Source: Campylobacteraceae bacterium (lineage in GTDB: Bacteria > Campylobacterota > Campylobacteria > Campylobacterales > Sulfurovaceae). Taken from it: DNA of 64,000 bases. Positions 9,601 to 18,538 of the stretch are shown one piece after another; within the stretch, counting starts at the first letter, position 1; the number at the start of each line of letters is the position of its first letter. The stretch lies in NCBI GenBank assembly GCA_027065385.1, contig JAMOOP010000172.1, positions 1,714-65,713 on the forward strand. Reading direction: 5' to 3'. The notes under the pieces were generated by a model. That model was given only the letters and a program-made list of their open reading frames with translations. It searched no databases and was not told where the DNA came from. A program made the position numbers and the translations under genes.

Positions 9601-11857
9601 CTCTTCCCTCATCTTCTATATATAAATTTCCATCACTAGCAAAAGCTAACCCCTCAGCATCTGCTAAATGTTGCAAAGTTGTAATATGTGTTGTAGCCCC
9701 TGTTTTTAAATTTAACTTATAAACTTTTGGTCTCTTATTATCATAGTTATAATCATCAATAGCATAAGCCTCACCTGTAATTGGATTAATAGCTAAACTT
9801 GAAAGATTTGTATTTGTATTTTTAGGATACCCATTTAATGGTTGCCAATTATCTGGGTCAAAAGCGTATAATTTAGAGTGATACTCTCCACTAATAATAT
9901 ATAATATCTCTTTTTTTAAAATTGGGTCATAATAAAATTCAGCTCCATCAACAGCCCCACTTATAATATCATTTACAATTTTTGTAGTTGTTCCTGTATC
10001 TACATCAATAGTATATAGGTAGCTAGGTCCATGGTCATCACTTTGACCTTTAAAAGCATAAAATTTATTATTACTAGCTCTATATGCAGAACCTTCCCCA
10101 TTAAAATCTCTTGAAATAGTAATTGAAGAGGCAATAGGAAGAGGATTTCCATTTGGTTGCATAGATACTTTATATAACTTATCACTATTATCAGTTAAAG
10201 CGTAACAGATAGCTGTTGAGTCTTCATTACTACTATTATTATCACAACCAGTATAATTAATATGTAAGATAGGAGAAGCAGAATGTTCTCCATCATAAGA
10301 CTCTGCTACTCTTTTTCCTGAACCTGTAATAATAAAACTTATAGCATTACCTTTTTGCCAACCTCCTCTATTTATAATATGTTGAACTATACTTTTTAGA
10401 TTTGGTGTTTGTTGCCCTACTCCATGGTCATTTTTATGACTCCATGGAGATGGTTGCCATGAGATAGTAGATGAGGTGGTATCTCTACTGCTAATATTGT
10501 GTCTATTATCTAAAAATTTAGGACTATTATCAATATCTTCTCCATTTATATATAAAGTTGTAGAAGATGAAGAGGTCTCATCAACTTCAAATTGGATATA
10601 GGCATTAGTAATAGTAGCATTTTTGGGAATATTGATATTTTGAAATCTAATACCTACTATCTGTTTATGACTGCCATCTTTTGTAAGTTCAAGGTCAGAA
10701 CTGTGTAAATACACTTCTCCATTGCTCTCTCTCTCCTCTGCATCATCATCTGCATCTTTAACTTGTACCTCAAGAGTCTGTTCACTCTCGCTACAATCAC
10801 CCTCTTCACAATCAACTCCTTCAACTCTAACTGTTATACCTGATTTAGTAATAGTTCTATCGCTAGTTAATCTTATAGTAACTTCTGAACTTGGAACATT
10901 AATTACTTTATTATTAAACAGTCCAGAACCCACATAAATTTCATTATTATCTTTATCATAAATATATACCCAATCGTAATTGTGTTCACTTTCGCCATTA
11001 ATAGTTAATTTTATATTTTGACTATTTGTAACTTTAACTGTTTTTGAAATATCTATCTCATTAGAATATCCACTATAATTTGTACCATCTATCCATAAGT
11101 CACCCGAAACAGAATAGTTTCCAACTGTACCACAATTAATTTCTGTATTTGACATAAGTGGAGTTAAATCTTTTAACTCAAATGAAAATTGAATAAGTCT
11201 ATAGGCAGAAGAACTATTATATGTACCGTAAGCATTATCATTTTGTACTCTTGCATAAAAACTAGAGGTGTTATTAAAAGAGACACCACCTCTACACTCT
11301 TTTTGTAAAAGAGTAGCACTATCATCACAATTTCCACTACTTTGACCTTTTAATTTAGTTGTATAATTACCAAAAAAGCTACCACTACTTTTAGTAACAT
11401 TTGTAAACTCACTTAAATAGACTTTTGTAGGATTTTTATAATATACATCATCGGTATCTGTATAAGATGGATTATTATCTAAGTCAAAATTTGTTACTGT
11501 AATGGCATCAACATTTAAAGGTATCTCTGTTCCCTTTTTTACAACAGTAACCTTTATATCCATATATGCACTATTATTATAATAGTCATTATCTTTTAAA
11601 CGAAACCCAACCACATTATCAATAATATCAACACACTTATTACTGCTATACTCGTTATCTTCATTAGTTACTTCTAAGATTATATCAATATCATTACCTT
11701 GATAAGAAGATTGTGTACCAAATCTATATTTTGCTGTTTGGCATTGATGTCCACTTAATAGGTGTTGTGTTCCATCTAAAACAATGCTAACAGCTAATGA
11801 TTTTTGACTTAAAATAGAGGCAAAAAGTAAAAATAATAATATAAATCTTTTTATCAT
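3674..11857 (-). CDS. Giant secreted multidomain adhesin (2727 aa): CUB-like, beta-propeller-like regions, Calx-beta repeats, LamG, GEVED, MshQ-like C-terminus
   Basis: Sec signal peptide. Calx-beta motif (INGDTKIEDDETF...IVNDD), LamG (IAEYRFDE...FDGYIDELKIF), GEVED (DFGDLP...AWIDWNGDGDF...GEVEDY), CUB-like ESEHNYDWVYIYD. Confidence 0.85.
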   Translation of the reverse strand: MIKRFILLFLLFASILSQKSLAVSIVLDGTQHLLSGHQCQTAKYRFGTQSSYQGNDIDIILEVTNEDNEYSSNKCVDIIDNVVGFRLKDNDYYNNSAYMDIKVTVVKKGTEIPLNVDAITVTNFDLDNNPSYTDTDDVYYKNPTKVYLSEFTNVTKSSGSFFGNYTTKLKGQSSGNCDDSATLLQKECRGGVSFNNTSSFYARVQNDNAYGTYNSSSAYRLIQFSFELKDLTPLMSNTEINCGTVGNYSVSGDLWIDGTNYSGYSNEIDISKTVKVTNSQNIKLTINGESEHNYDWVYIYDKDNNEIYVGSGLFNNKVINVPSSEVTIRLTSDRTITKSGITVRVEGVDCEEGDCSESEQTLEVQVKDADDDAEERESNGEVYLHSSDLELTKDGSHKQIVGIRFQNINIPKNATITNAYIQFEVDETSSSSTTLYINGEDIDNSPKFLDNRHNISSRDTTSSTISWQPSPWSHKNDHGVGQQTPNLKSIVQHIINRGGWQKGNAISFIITGSGKRVAESYDGEHSASPILHINYTGCDNNSSNEDSTAICYALTDNSDKLYKVSMQPNGNPLPIASSITISRDFNGEGSAYRASNNKFYAFKGQSDDHGPSYLYTIDVDTGTTTKIVNDIISGAVDGAEFYYDPILKKEILYIISGEYHSKLYAFDPDNWQPLNGYPKNTNTNLSSLAINPITGEAYAIDDYNYDNKRPKVYKLNLKTGATTHITTLQHLADAEGLAFASDGNLYIEDEGRDDLDGKRLYMVNLDTGELIPSAITNAHGDIEGLSCNGTQIAIDYPTIKIDSDSSIIEGNISSSTLNFLVTLDKPAVENIEFTYKVTDINSKLGEDYTLDSNLSGVILKGATSATISIYIKGDLIVENNETFSINIVDARNAIVDSSSMVGTIINDDREIFISIAGDVNITEGDSGTKPLDFKILLSDPAPNGGISVQIQPHNITANEGEDFSRGSSSIYFAEGEKEKIISFRINGDTKIEDDETFKIELLSPQHASLDEDNKTAIATIVNDDDEETPELIAEYRFDECPFDLNSEIKDNSEHKYKHQIKNGLTTKDDIAKINRSGEFKREQHQYTEGENGLDNIFGNSSSAFTITTWVYPTSLITAKTNHNTANTFFAKASDSKNDNIEIGINSNGTIHLYLDTLNKDKYADFGEAGDITTNSWHFIGVSYKDGEVTVIIDDKNYTNSTTWSGASNIDQAVGSPITIGASIHIDNYFDGYIDELKIFKNQIRAKTINQFRERERNGKNWDNTKRDEVECSGASPVGCIMSAFMFQNRPTDINVLNLANGEMTSVKDDISNDNINALGFNKKDGYFWGYNYTKQNGTVTRIGMNSQGEWVSEDFLVEGLAGFKSYVGDIDSSGHLYLKESGGSRRVVVIDLDPSSSNYLKKIKDFYLDFDLNTADWGFNARDNMLYAVNNGSTNKFLYKIDPLTGHKLSRDNTLLTGDRGFGASFFDANGFYYVYDNHTGNIYRIDVANSAKAVLFANANIVSLNDGAMCTDAEFKFDFGDLPNNYPTTLESNGARHSLPTYGEPTVYMGSGVSSENNGKPSTNANLDESDNGVKVNNSPLQDKVIDAGVTNTFKVTTHGDGFLSAWIDWNGDGDFNDVNEQIATNLDGSSGEIIFTATAPSSAIDITTYARFRYSYQQDLAPTGSAIDGEVEDYKINIHGNLEPFSCSDKLYLSNRTELGTGSGDSGATWLHSFYAMTPAFVPFGDGFASGDGGYNAIGYNVKDNFIYALYGNELLKIDKNANIKNLGVVSGLSDTQLYAGEFDRDGYYYVTGNGDSDNKIYKIDIAQKKVIKTITLSSAVKFWDMAIDTTDQYFYAMLVKSGGDDFINDKFVKINKSSGDITVLGDNVSDINSYISLIFADNSGKVIAIANNKGMYELIPETGKSYWINATPELSYYNDGTSCPDASFILPPRMPRLSIGDVTQAEGDSDESNFNFKISIDADLPMIPMGMPVMFFYKVIDGNGNDITPPHGIATQSDHDFKGGNGIGMNMNVFSDQREMTISVPVYGDENIEKDEEFFVDIYFPQMFPQNFCMMGKSRGVGLILNDDMKFKVIRSGATNIDDDLIYTQIAGRDFDYSVVSQSSIENITFKVDLIDNSSGKALYIGYNYIENGDRVDVRIDNDLAILQATKDASFKVSFLKDENGTIVHGNYANKDSYENIANRVGYSEITQEASSHFSIRPAGYKIAIEDIDEDNKTITYRDSKDSSSKPLDLASEYSYRIKAKAIAKDTNNSITKGYTTTSGDLNVTLIFNGKSGSVDKHSPKITNYIFTNGQLINSISHNNVGEYLLRVEDSSWSREDGARGACILNSSAISNSGEEKSGCNISSSSLDNLHELSIKFHPYSFRVDAVVLNRPNSGKDYIYMGDLEKSLNMGIDIRASITAIGKNGTKLTNFTTSGEATDVTLSLDYNITTDSIDNQKIYSEINTTKGSSVGFKRVFSYNGVNLNIADVQNSHLDSNITIPSNQFLDTNEGNSSIEILYNLTKNISEPINPIEIIFNHLDVNSTNISKIKNKDKKAYGVGTVDISKKLYYSQIAPDMENYPDEYEGVSTTPISVLIFCNHTKAWCANMVGDNGLNNIKTKTGWYTALSHDSNIEGGVVKFALDNSLCAVNPKASNLPNFKDNLGKIKTVKTGYAGNKFPAKVEVTMQVSPWLKYNRDPSRDGIPFWRNTFRDRNSTWSGEGQSGNQIEIKTTTRPAKKIFW

Positions 11858-11975
11858 AGCTAATCCTTTTATTAAAATTATTATTAATACAAGTATATAA
11901 TAATAATTATTAATATAAGGAATTTTTTACTATCTTAAATTAATTTTTTAATTAAGATTAATTTAAGATAAATAG

Positions 11976-14900
11976 TTACCAATCCATTTTATGTGCAGAA
12001 TTACTATTTGCTTTCATCTCTAATATATTACCAGTATCTCCAACACCTGTCCAAGTTGAAGAATTATTTTCCGTTCCTTCTACTGTATAATCAGGATTTC
12101 CTTTTGGTATGCTTGGTTTTGGTGGTTTATTATCATTATTAAATCTTAAAGGTGGCTCTGGATATATATCCACTCTATACTTTTTAATTCCATGTGGGTC
12201 TGTAAATCTGGTTGTAACTGTTCCATTTCTTCCATTTACAAATATAATAGGAAAAGTTGGAACTTTAGTTGTTTTAATTTGTAAAACATTTGGATTTGGG
12301 TCATTTGGCACTACTGTTGTAACTTTTCCATCAACTGTAGCATTATGGTCAATAGATAAAAACCAACCAAGTTCAGCCCGTGGACTACTCTCTACTTTTA
12401 TATGATTTGTAATATTTGTATCAATGCAGTATTGATTAGTTACTCCATTTCCACAAAAAATCTCTACCTGCATAGGTGTTCTAAGAATATCTCCATTTTT
12501 AAAGTATATTCTTGGAAATCTTATTTTATCTGGTGCAACTTGTGCAAAATAGAAATTACGAACACTATTTCCTAAATTTTGATTACCTTTAGGAATATAA
12601 GGATTACTCTCATCTTTTCCATTTGATAATGAATAAGAATTAGTTGAGTTTATATCAATTTTATGAAATGTTATCTGAATAGGATTTATAGTTTGAGATA
12701 GATTTTTATCTATATTAAATCTTAAATCAACTCCTACAGTTCCGTTTTGGTCATTTTTAAATTTATCTTTGGTTATATTAATTTTAGGTAAATTAGAAAA
12801 AGTCTGATTTCTATCTACTATAACGCTAGTCTCACTATTAAATCTAGTAACTCTTGTAAAATAGATAGGTGTTCCTTTTGTTGTTACTATTGGTTGGTCT
12901 AATCCATTATCTGACATAGTAGTTACTACTAAATTAAGTAGTGTATCTTCTGCCATATATCCACTTACAAAGTTTTTAGTAGTTATATTATCTTCACTTT
13001 TAGCTGTAATATCTCCACTATAAGAGATAGCTACACTATTAAAGGTTGAATTTATCTCACTCATATATATAAAATCATTGTGTGAACTATTTGGTAGATT
13101 TTCAAGAGTTAAATCTACATTAAAATGGTCTGGATAAAATGTTAGATTTATATCAGGATTTGAAGATATGCTACAACCTGATTTAATATTACCATTAGCA
13201 GATGTAATTGAGCTATTTATATCACAATCTCCTTTACTGCTATCTACTTTAGCCCAATCACTATCAAATATATGTAGTCTATATCTACCAACCTCTTGAA
13301 CCTCAAGTAACTTGCCAATACTCTTACCATCTATAAATGTATCTGTAATATTTAAATCACTTTTTACTATAGCATTTGGGTTAGATTTATCTAAAAACTC
13401 TATATATCTATTGGCTGTTGTATTATAATCTAAAGATGGATTATTATCATTTCCATTAAATGTCGATGCTGTAATAGTTAGATTATAATCATATCCTGCT
13501 GTTAATCTAAGAGAGCTATTATTATCTGGTGAAGTATTTACCCTTAGAGTCTGATTATTATCAGATAAGATTAGATGGAAATATTCAGGACGAATAGCAA
13601 AATCATCTTTAGCATAAAAAAAAGTGGTCTTTGGCAGAGCTTCAAAACAGAGTTTTGGATCAATCTCACAAGGTGCTTGAATTATATTTCCATTATCATC
13701 TACCCCATAACTAACTTTAAATATAGCTCGTTTTGTTGCAGAAATAGAGTTTAAATCATTTGGAAGTAGATTATCTATTCTACTCTTTGGAGGTGTATTT
13801 TTTATATAGGCATATTTTGTATAAAGTGTAGCATTTGTATCTTCATTAATTAAATCAATCTTTACAGTTACTCCATCTAACTCTTTTTCGCTACTCATAT
13901 CCTCTTCATAAAAAACTAAAGAGTAATCAAAATCTCTACCTACTATTTGAGTAAACCATGCGTTTCTATTATCGCTATTAATAGGAAAAGAGCCACTATC
14001 AGTTCTTTCTATATTAAAGACTCCTCTAAGTGGTTTAATACCTGTTCCAAAATATATCATATAATCTTCAACTTCTCCATCAATTACAAACCCTACAGGG
14101 TTCATACTAGAACTTGATGATACCCTAGCTCTTAAATATGTCTTTTTATTTACAGATAAATTAGGAGGTAAATCAAAATTTATAGTATGAACTCCTGCAC
14201 TAAGTTTAACTCCAGAGTTATATATAAGGTCACTAGCATTATCAAAATGACCATTTATATCTTTATCTATCCATATTTGAAGATAAGCCTCTTTTGATAG
14301 TTTTACTTTTAAACTATGAGTACTATTTGTTTCAAAATATTTACCACTTATATCTGTTCCATCTAATAAAGTTACTCCATCTTCATCATCTGTTCCATTA
14401 CTATCATCTCCTAAAGCAGTATCATTTACATAACTTTTAGTATCATGGTCAACTTTATCTCCTAAATAGATACCACCTATAATATTATGCCAAGCATCAT
14501 TATAACTACTTGGAGCATCACCATAATCTGTAAAAACCAATCCTGCATCTATACAGTTAGTACCATCATTAAAATCTGCTGGTTGAGAATTAGATAAAAA
14601 TCTTTTTGTTCCATCTTCTAAATTAAATTCAAAAAATCCATTTCCATTACTATCATTTGCAAAAAATCTTCCATTTTTATCAGAAAATGAGGAATCAAAC
14701 TCATATCCATTATGAGCTTCACCTATAAACGAAACCTCTCCACTATTTACATTAATTTTAGTAAGTTTTCCACCATCTGCTATTCCATATAGATACTCTC
14801 CATTTGCAGAGAAAGAGAAATCTTTAATAGATACAGGAGTTGTTAAGTTTATATCCTCAACTACCCTTTCTGCATCATTATCAGAGAGTTTTATTTTATA

Positions 14901-17438
14901 AACCTTATCATAATCAACTCCAAATCCTGTTACATAGTAGTATCCATTATAACTAGCTCCTGCATAAACCTGTTTAGTGGCTAATAAATCAGGTAAACCT
15001 GTAACTTCCCCTAAACTCATAACTTTTCCACTCTTACTAATTTTAAATAGCTCTTTATAATATAATCCATAAATATAGTTATCTTTTTCATTATAGGCTA
15101 AAGCATTATATAGTTTATCTTCTCCTGCATCATCTAAAACCTCAAATCCAAAAGGTGATTTTGTTATATCTATTTTATGTAACCACATTTTACCTGTAGT
15201 TTTGCTACCTCTTTTAATACTACTAGATAGATACATATATTTATCACAAATAAAAGGTTCTTCATTATGAATATCATCATTTAAAATTGTAATAGTTGAA
15301 CTATCTCTTCCTATAGTTAAGTTTTTACTATTTGTTATATATAGTTGAAAATCTTCATTTGGCTCAATATTAGTATCTTCATTTATGGTAAGCTTAATTG
15401 TGGCAGATGTGCTACCTTTTGATATATCTATAGTTCCACTACTCTCTATATAATCACTATCTTCTGTTGGACTACTACCATCTTGTGCCTCTTTATCTTT
15501 TGTATAATAATCTATAGAACTATCTTCTAATGCTGGTTTATCTAAAACCAATTTTATATCTAACTTATGAGATGAGCTATCTCCCTCTTCTGTAGAGTAG
15601 CTATCTTTCTCAATATCAATTTTAGGAAAAGAGCCATCATCATTAATAATAATTCCTGTAGGAGTTTGAGTTCCAGATATTTTTAAATTCTCACTCTCAT
15701 TATCTATTATAAGATATAGACTCTCATCATCTTCTATTTTAGTATCTCCGTTTATCTTAATAGGAATTGTAATATTTTGCTCACCCTTTGGAATATTAAA
15801 AGTAGTTCTACTAATAGCTTCAAAATCTTCACTACCTATAGCAGAGCCATTTTGTGTATAATAATCAAAATAAGAATTTTCCATTGCTGGTAAATCTAAA
15901 GTTAGAGTAAAATTCATATCTTTTTGACTACTATTTCCTTCATCAATAGAGAAGCTATCCTTTGTAAAAGAGAGAGTAGGATACTCTCCATCATCATTTA
16001 ATATAGTTCCTGTTGCTCTACTAGTTGTTCCATAATTTAATTTATTTAAATTTGAAATACTAAAATAGAAACTCTCATCATCTTCTATTTTTGTATCTCC
16101 ATTAATTGGAACAGATATTGTAAAACTAGTTGTACCTTCAGCTAAAATTTTATCTCCATGGGTATATATATAATCATTATCTCCATTCTCATCTTCAGCT
16201 GTATTATTATAAGTCTCATAGTGAAATGAACTGCTATCTAATGCAGGAGTATTTAAAGTAAAAGTAAAATCTAAATTGCTCTGAGAGCTATTTCCCTCTA
16301 CTATTGAGTAGTTTGTAGTAGAAAAAGATAGACTAGGATACTCTCCATCATCATTTAATATTAAAGATTGAGATTTGGTTGTTACTATATAGCTACTTCC
16401 CGATAAATTCATCTGTAAAAATTCATTATCTTCTATCTCTTCATCTCCTACAATATCTACATATATAATAGTCTCTTTATCTCCTTTATTAAATGTAATA
16501 TCACCACTCTTTGCTATATAATCACTGTTAGAAGATGCACTTGGAGTTGATGAGCCATCTTGTGTCTCATAGTGAATAGTTAATGGACTATCAAGAGGAT
16601 AATCTTTTTTTAAATATACCCTAAAAGCCATTTTATTACTATCTCCACTATCTCCCTCATTAATATCTGAACTATCCATATAGACTTTTATTGCATCATC
16701 ATCAACTATAGTTCCTCTAGCTGTATCTCTTACTATACTACCCTCACTTATTGAGCTTATTTTAACATTAAAATACTCTCTACCCTCAGGCATAGTATCA
16801 GCTAAGATAGTAATTGGAATATGTCCATATCTTGAACCTTTAGGAATAGTAATAGTTCCATTTGACTCAATATAATCCTCCCCTGCCTTTGCACTATTAT
16901 CTATAGTGGTATAGTTTAAAGTTATATCATCTGGAGCATATTTGTTTAATTTAACGGTAAAGTTTAGTATCCAATTACTATCTTTCTCTTTCTCATATCT
17001 ATTATGTATTTTTGCTTTGAGTGGAGCTGTATCATCATCATATATGTATCCAACTCCTCTACTATCTGTTACAACATAACCATTATCTGAATTGGATATA
17101 GATAGATATAGATACTCCTTTGACTCATGTCTATCATCATTTATAGTAGAAACCTCTATAGTTTTTTGATTTTGAAAAGGGTAGAATATTACACTTCCAC
17201 TTATTGCATTATAATCCTCCCCTGCTTTTGCACTACCATTAACTGTTTCATAATTTACTGTAACAATATTAAATAGTGGGGCTTCACTTAAGTTTATAGT
17301 AAATTTTAAAGTTCCATTTGTCTCATATACATAGTGGGCATTAGAGACTGTAATTGATACATCTGTACCATCTGCATATAAAAAATTAGAAAAAAATAGA
17401 GTCCATAAGAGTATTAATTGTCTGAATATTCGGTTCAT
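11976..17438 (-). CDS. Large secreted adhesin (1820 aa): tandem Calx-beta repeats, propeller-like region, GEVED, MshQ-like C-terminus
   Basis: Signal peptide; about six Calx-beta units (GSAKAGEDY...G...F; NGDTKIEDDE); DYGDAP...DGEVEDY. C-terminal ~650 aa is homologous to that of the neighbouring adhesin. Confidence 0.85.
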   Translation of the reverse strand: MNRIFRQLILLWTLFFSNFLYADGTDVSITVSNAHYVYETNGTLKFTINLSEAPLFNIVTVNYETVNGSAKAGEDYNAISGSVIFYPFQNQKTIEVSTINDDRHESKEYLYLSISNSDNGYVVTDSRGVGYIYDDDTAPLKAKIHNRYEKEKDSNWILNFTVKLNKYAPDDITLNYTTIDNSAKAGEDYIESNGTITIPKGSRYGHIPITILADTMPEGREYFNVKISSISEGSIVRDTARGTIVDDDAIKVYMDSSDINEGDSGDSNKMAFRVYLKKDYPLDSPLTIHYETQDGSSTPSASSNSDYIAKSGDITFNKGDKETIIYVDIVGDEEIEDNEFLQMNLSGSSYIVTTKSQSLILNDDGEYPSLSFSTTNYSIVEGNSSQSNLDFTFTLNTPALDSSSFHYETYNNTAEDENGDNDYIYTHGDKILAEGTTSFTISVPINGDTKIEDDESFYFSISNLNKLNYGTTSRATGTILNDDGEYPTLSFTKDSFSIDEGNSSQKDMNFTLTLDLPAMENSYFDYYTQNGSAIGSEDFEAISRTTFNIPKGEQNITIPIKINGDTKIEDDESLYLIIDNESENLKISGTQTPTGIIINDDGSFPKIDIEKDSYSTEEGDSSSHKLDIKLVLDKPALEDSSIDYYTKDKEAQDGSSPTEDSDYIESSGTIDISKGSTSATIKLTINEDTNIEPNEDFQLYITNSKNLTIGRDSSTITILNDDIHNEEPFICDKYMYLSSSIKRGSKTTGKMWLHKIDITKSPFGFEVLDDAGEDKLYNALAYNEKDNYIYGLYYKELFKISKSGKVMSLGEVTGLPDLLATKQVYAGASYNGYYYVTGFGVDYDKVYKIKLSDNDAERVVEDINLTTPVSIKDFSFSANGEYLYGIADGGKLTKINVNSGEVSFIGEAHNGYEFDSSFSDKNGRFFANDSNGNGFFEFNLEDGTKRFLSNSQPADFNDGTNCIDAGLVFTDYGDAPSSYNDAWHNIIGGIYLGDKVDHDTKSYVNDTALGDDSNGTDDEDGVTLLDGTDISGKYFETNSTHSLKVKLSKEAYLQIWIDKDINGHFDNASDLIYNSGVKLSAGVHTINFDLPPNLSVNKKTYLRARVSSSSSMNPVGFVIDGEVEDYMIYFGTGIKPLRGVFNIERTDSGSFPINSDNRNAWFTQIVGRDFDYSLVFYEEDMSSEKELDGVTVKIDLINEDTNATLYTKYAYIKNTPPKSRIDNLLPNDLNSISATKRAIFKVSYGVDDNGNIIQAPCEIDPKLCFEALPKTTFFYAKDDFAIRPEYFHLILSDNNQTLRVNTSPDNNSSLRLTAGYDYNLTITASTFNGNDNNPSLDYNTTANRYIEFLDKSNPNAIVKSDLNITDTFIDGKSIGKLLEVQEVGRYRLHIFDSDWAKVDSSKGDCDINSSITSANGNIKSGCSISSNPDINLTFYPDHFNVDLTLENLPNSSHNDFIYMSEINSTFNSVAISYSGDITAKSEDNITTKNFVSGYMAEDTLLNLVVTTMSDNGLDQPIVTTKGTPIYFTRVTRFNSETSVIVDRNQTFSNLPKINITKDKFKNDQNGTVGVDLRFNIDKNLSQTINPIQITFHKIDINSTNSYSLSNGKDESNPYIPKGNQNLGNSVRNFYFAQVAPDKIRFPRIYFKNGDILRTPMQVEIFCGNGVTNQYCIDTNITNHIKVESSPRAELGWFLSIDHNATVDGKVTTVVPNDPNPNVLQIKTTKVPTFPIIFVNGRNGTVTTRFTDPHGIKKYRVDIYPEPPLRFNNDNKPPKPSIPKGNPDYTVEGTENNSSTWTGVGDTGNILEMKANSNSAHKMDW

Positions 17439-17542
17439 ATTTAACCTTTCTTAAAAAAATGTATTAATTATCTAATTATATCATTTTTTTATTTTAATAA
17501 TATTTTAATTTAATATTTATTTAAGAAAAGATTTTTAAATTT

Positions 17543-17650
17543 TGAAAGATATGAACAGAAAGGTTATCAAAGTTCAAAGGAGGGGTTATAAAGGAGATTA
17601 TTATGAAAATTTACATTTTTTCAAGTTATTGCTTAATCCATATCTTTCAT
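17543..17650 (-). ncRNA. Candidate small RNA with CU-rich anti-SD motifs
   Basis: TATAAT at 17662-17657 on the minus strand. 11-bp terminal inverted repeat (17543-17553 / 17639-17649). Two CTCCTTT motifs inside. Confidence 0.45.
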
Positions 17651-17715
17651 AAACAGATTATACATCTTCTTTATAAACCACTAGATAATCAAAAGTCAAT
17701 GATAAATTAACAAGA

Positions 17716-18456
17716 TTACTTTTGAGTTACTTCAAACGCCTTGGTTACTGCTTTTATAAATGAATTTCTAACAGCTCCCTCTTCTAATGCACTATAAGCT
17801 GCGGCCGTTGTTCCTGCTGGACTCATAACACTATCTTTAATAATTGCAGGGTGATTTGATAAAATTAGTGGTGCAAACCCTTTAAAAAGAGAATTTGTAA
17901 TATCTATAGCATCAACTCTTTTCATTCCCTCTTTAACAAGTCCGTCCATCATAGCTTCAGCTACTAAACATAATAAAGCAGGACCTGAACCTGCTATAGA
18001 GGTTGCAATATCTATCTCCTTTTCACTATCTACCCAAAATGTATCTCCAATAGATGAAAATATCTCTATAGCCTCATCTTTTTTACTCTTATCTCCTGTA
18101 ATAACAGTAGTAGATGCTCCAAATTTAGCTGATACATTTGGCATTGTTCTAATATAACTTTTAGCATTTATATTATCTCTTAAGGCATTTAAAGCTGTTC
18201 CTGCTAAAATAGAATATAGACTGTTAGCCTCCCCTTTTAAATTAGAAGCTACACTTTTTAAAGCATAAGGTTTTACTGCTAAAATAATATTTTTACCTGT
18301 AATATCAAGATTATCTAAAAGAGAGATAGAGTATAGTTCTCTTAAATTATCCACCTTTGATAAATCTCTTACTACAAATTCTAATCTATATCTATCTTTT
18401 AATCCATCAGCTAAAGCTTGTGCCATAGCACCTGCACCAATAATTGTTAAGGTCAT
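17716..18456 (-). CDS. proC: Pyrroline-5-carboxylate reductase
   Basis: IIGAGAMA Rossmann motif, ILAVKP, RTMPN, AGSGPA, VMSPAGTT. Start placed at the ATG at 18456 behind an AAGGGG SD rather than the upstream TTG. Confidence 0.95.
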   Translation of the reverse strand: MTLTIIGAGAMAQALADGLKDRYRLEFVVRDLSKVDNLRELYSISLLDNLDITGKNIILAVKPYALKSVASNLKGEANSLYSILAGTALNALRDNINAKSYIRTMPNVSAKFGASTTVITGDKSKKDEAIEIFSSIGDTFWVDSEKEIDIATSIAGSGPALLCLVAEAMMDGLVKEGMKRVDAIDITNSLFKGFAPLILSNHPAIIKDSVMSPAGTTAAAYSALEEGAVRNSFIKAVTKAFEVTQK

Positions 18457-18538
18457 TTTCACCCCTTTTTTAGTGATTATAGCAAAATATAATATAGTTT
18501 GAGGTATTATAATCTTCAAAATTTTATTAAGGTTAAGA

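Noticed and set aside
3674-17438. Giant proteins as substrates of the T1SS at 46.6-51 kb
   Set aside because: Both have N-terminal Sec signal peptides and lack GGxGxD RTX repeats, unlike typical T1SS cargo.
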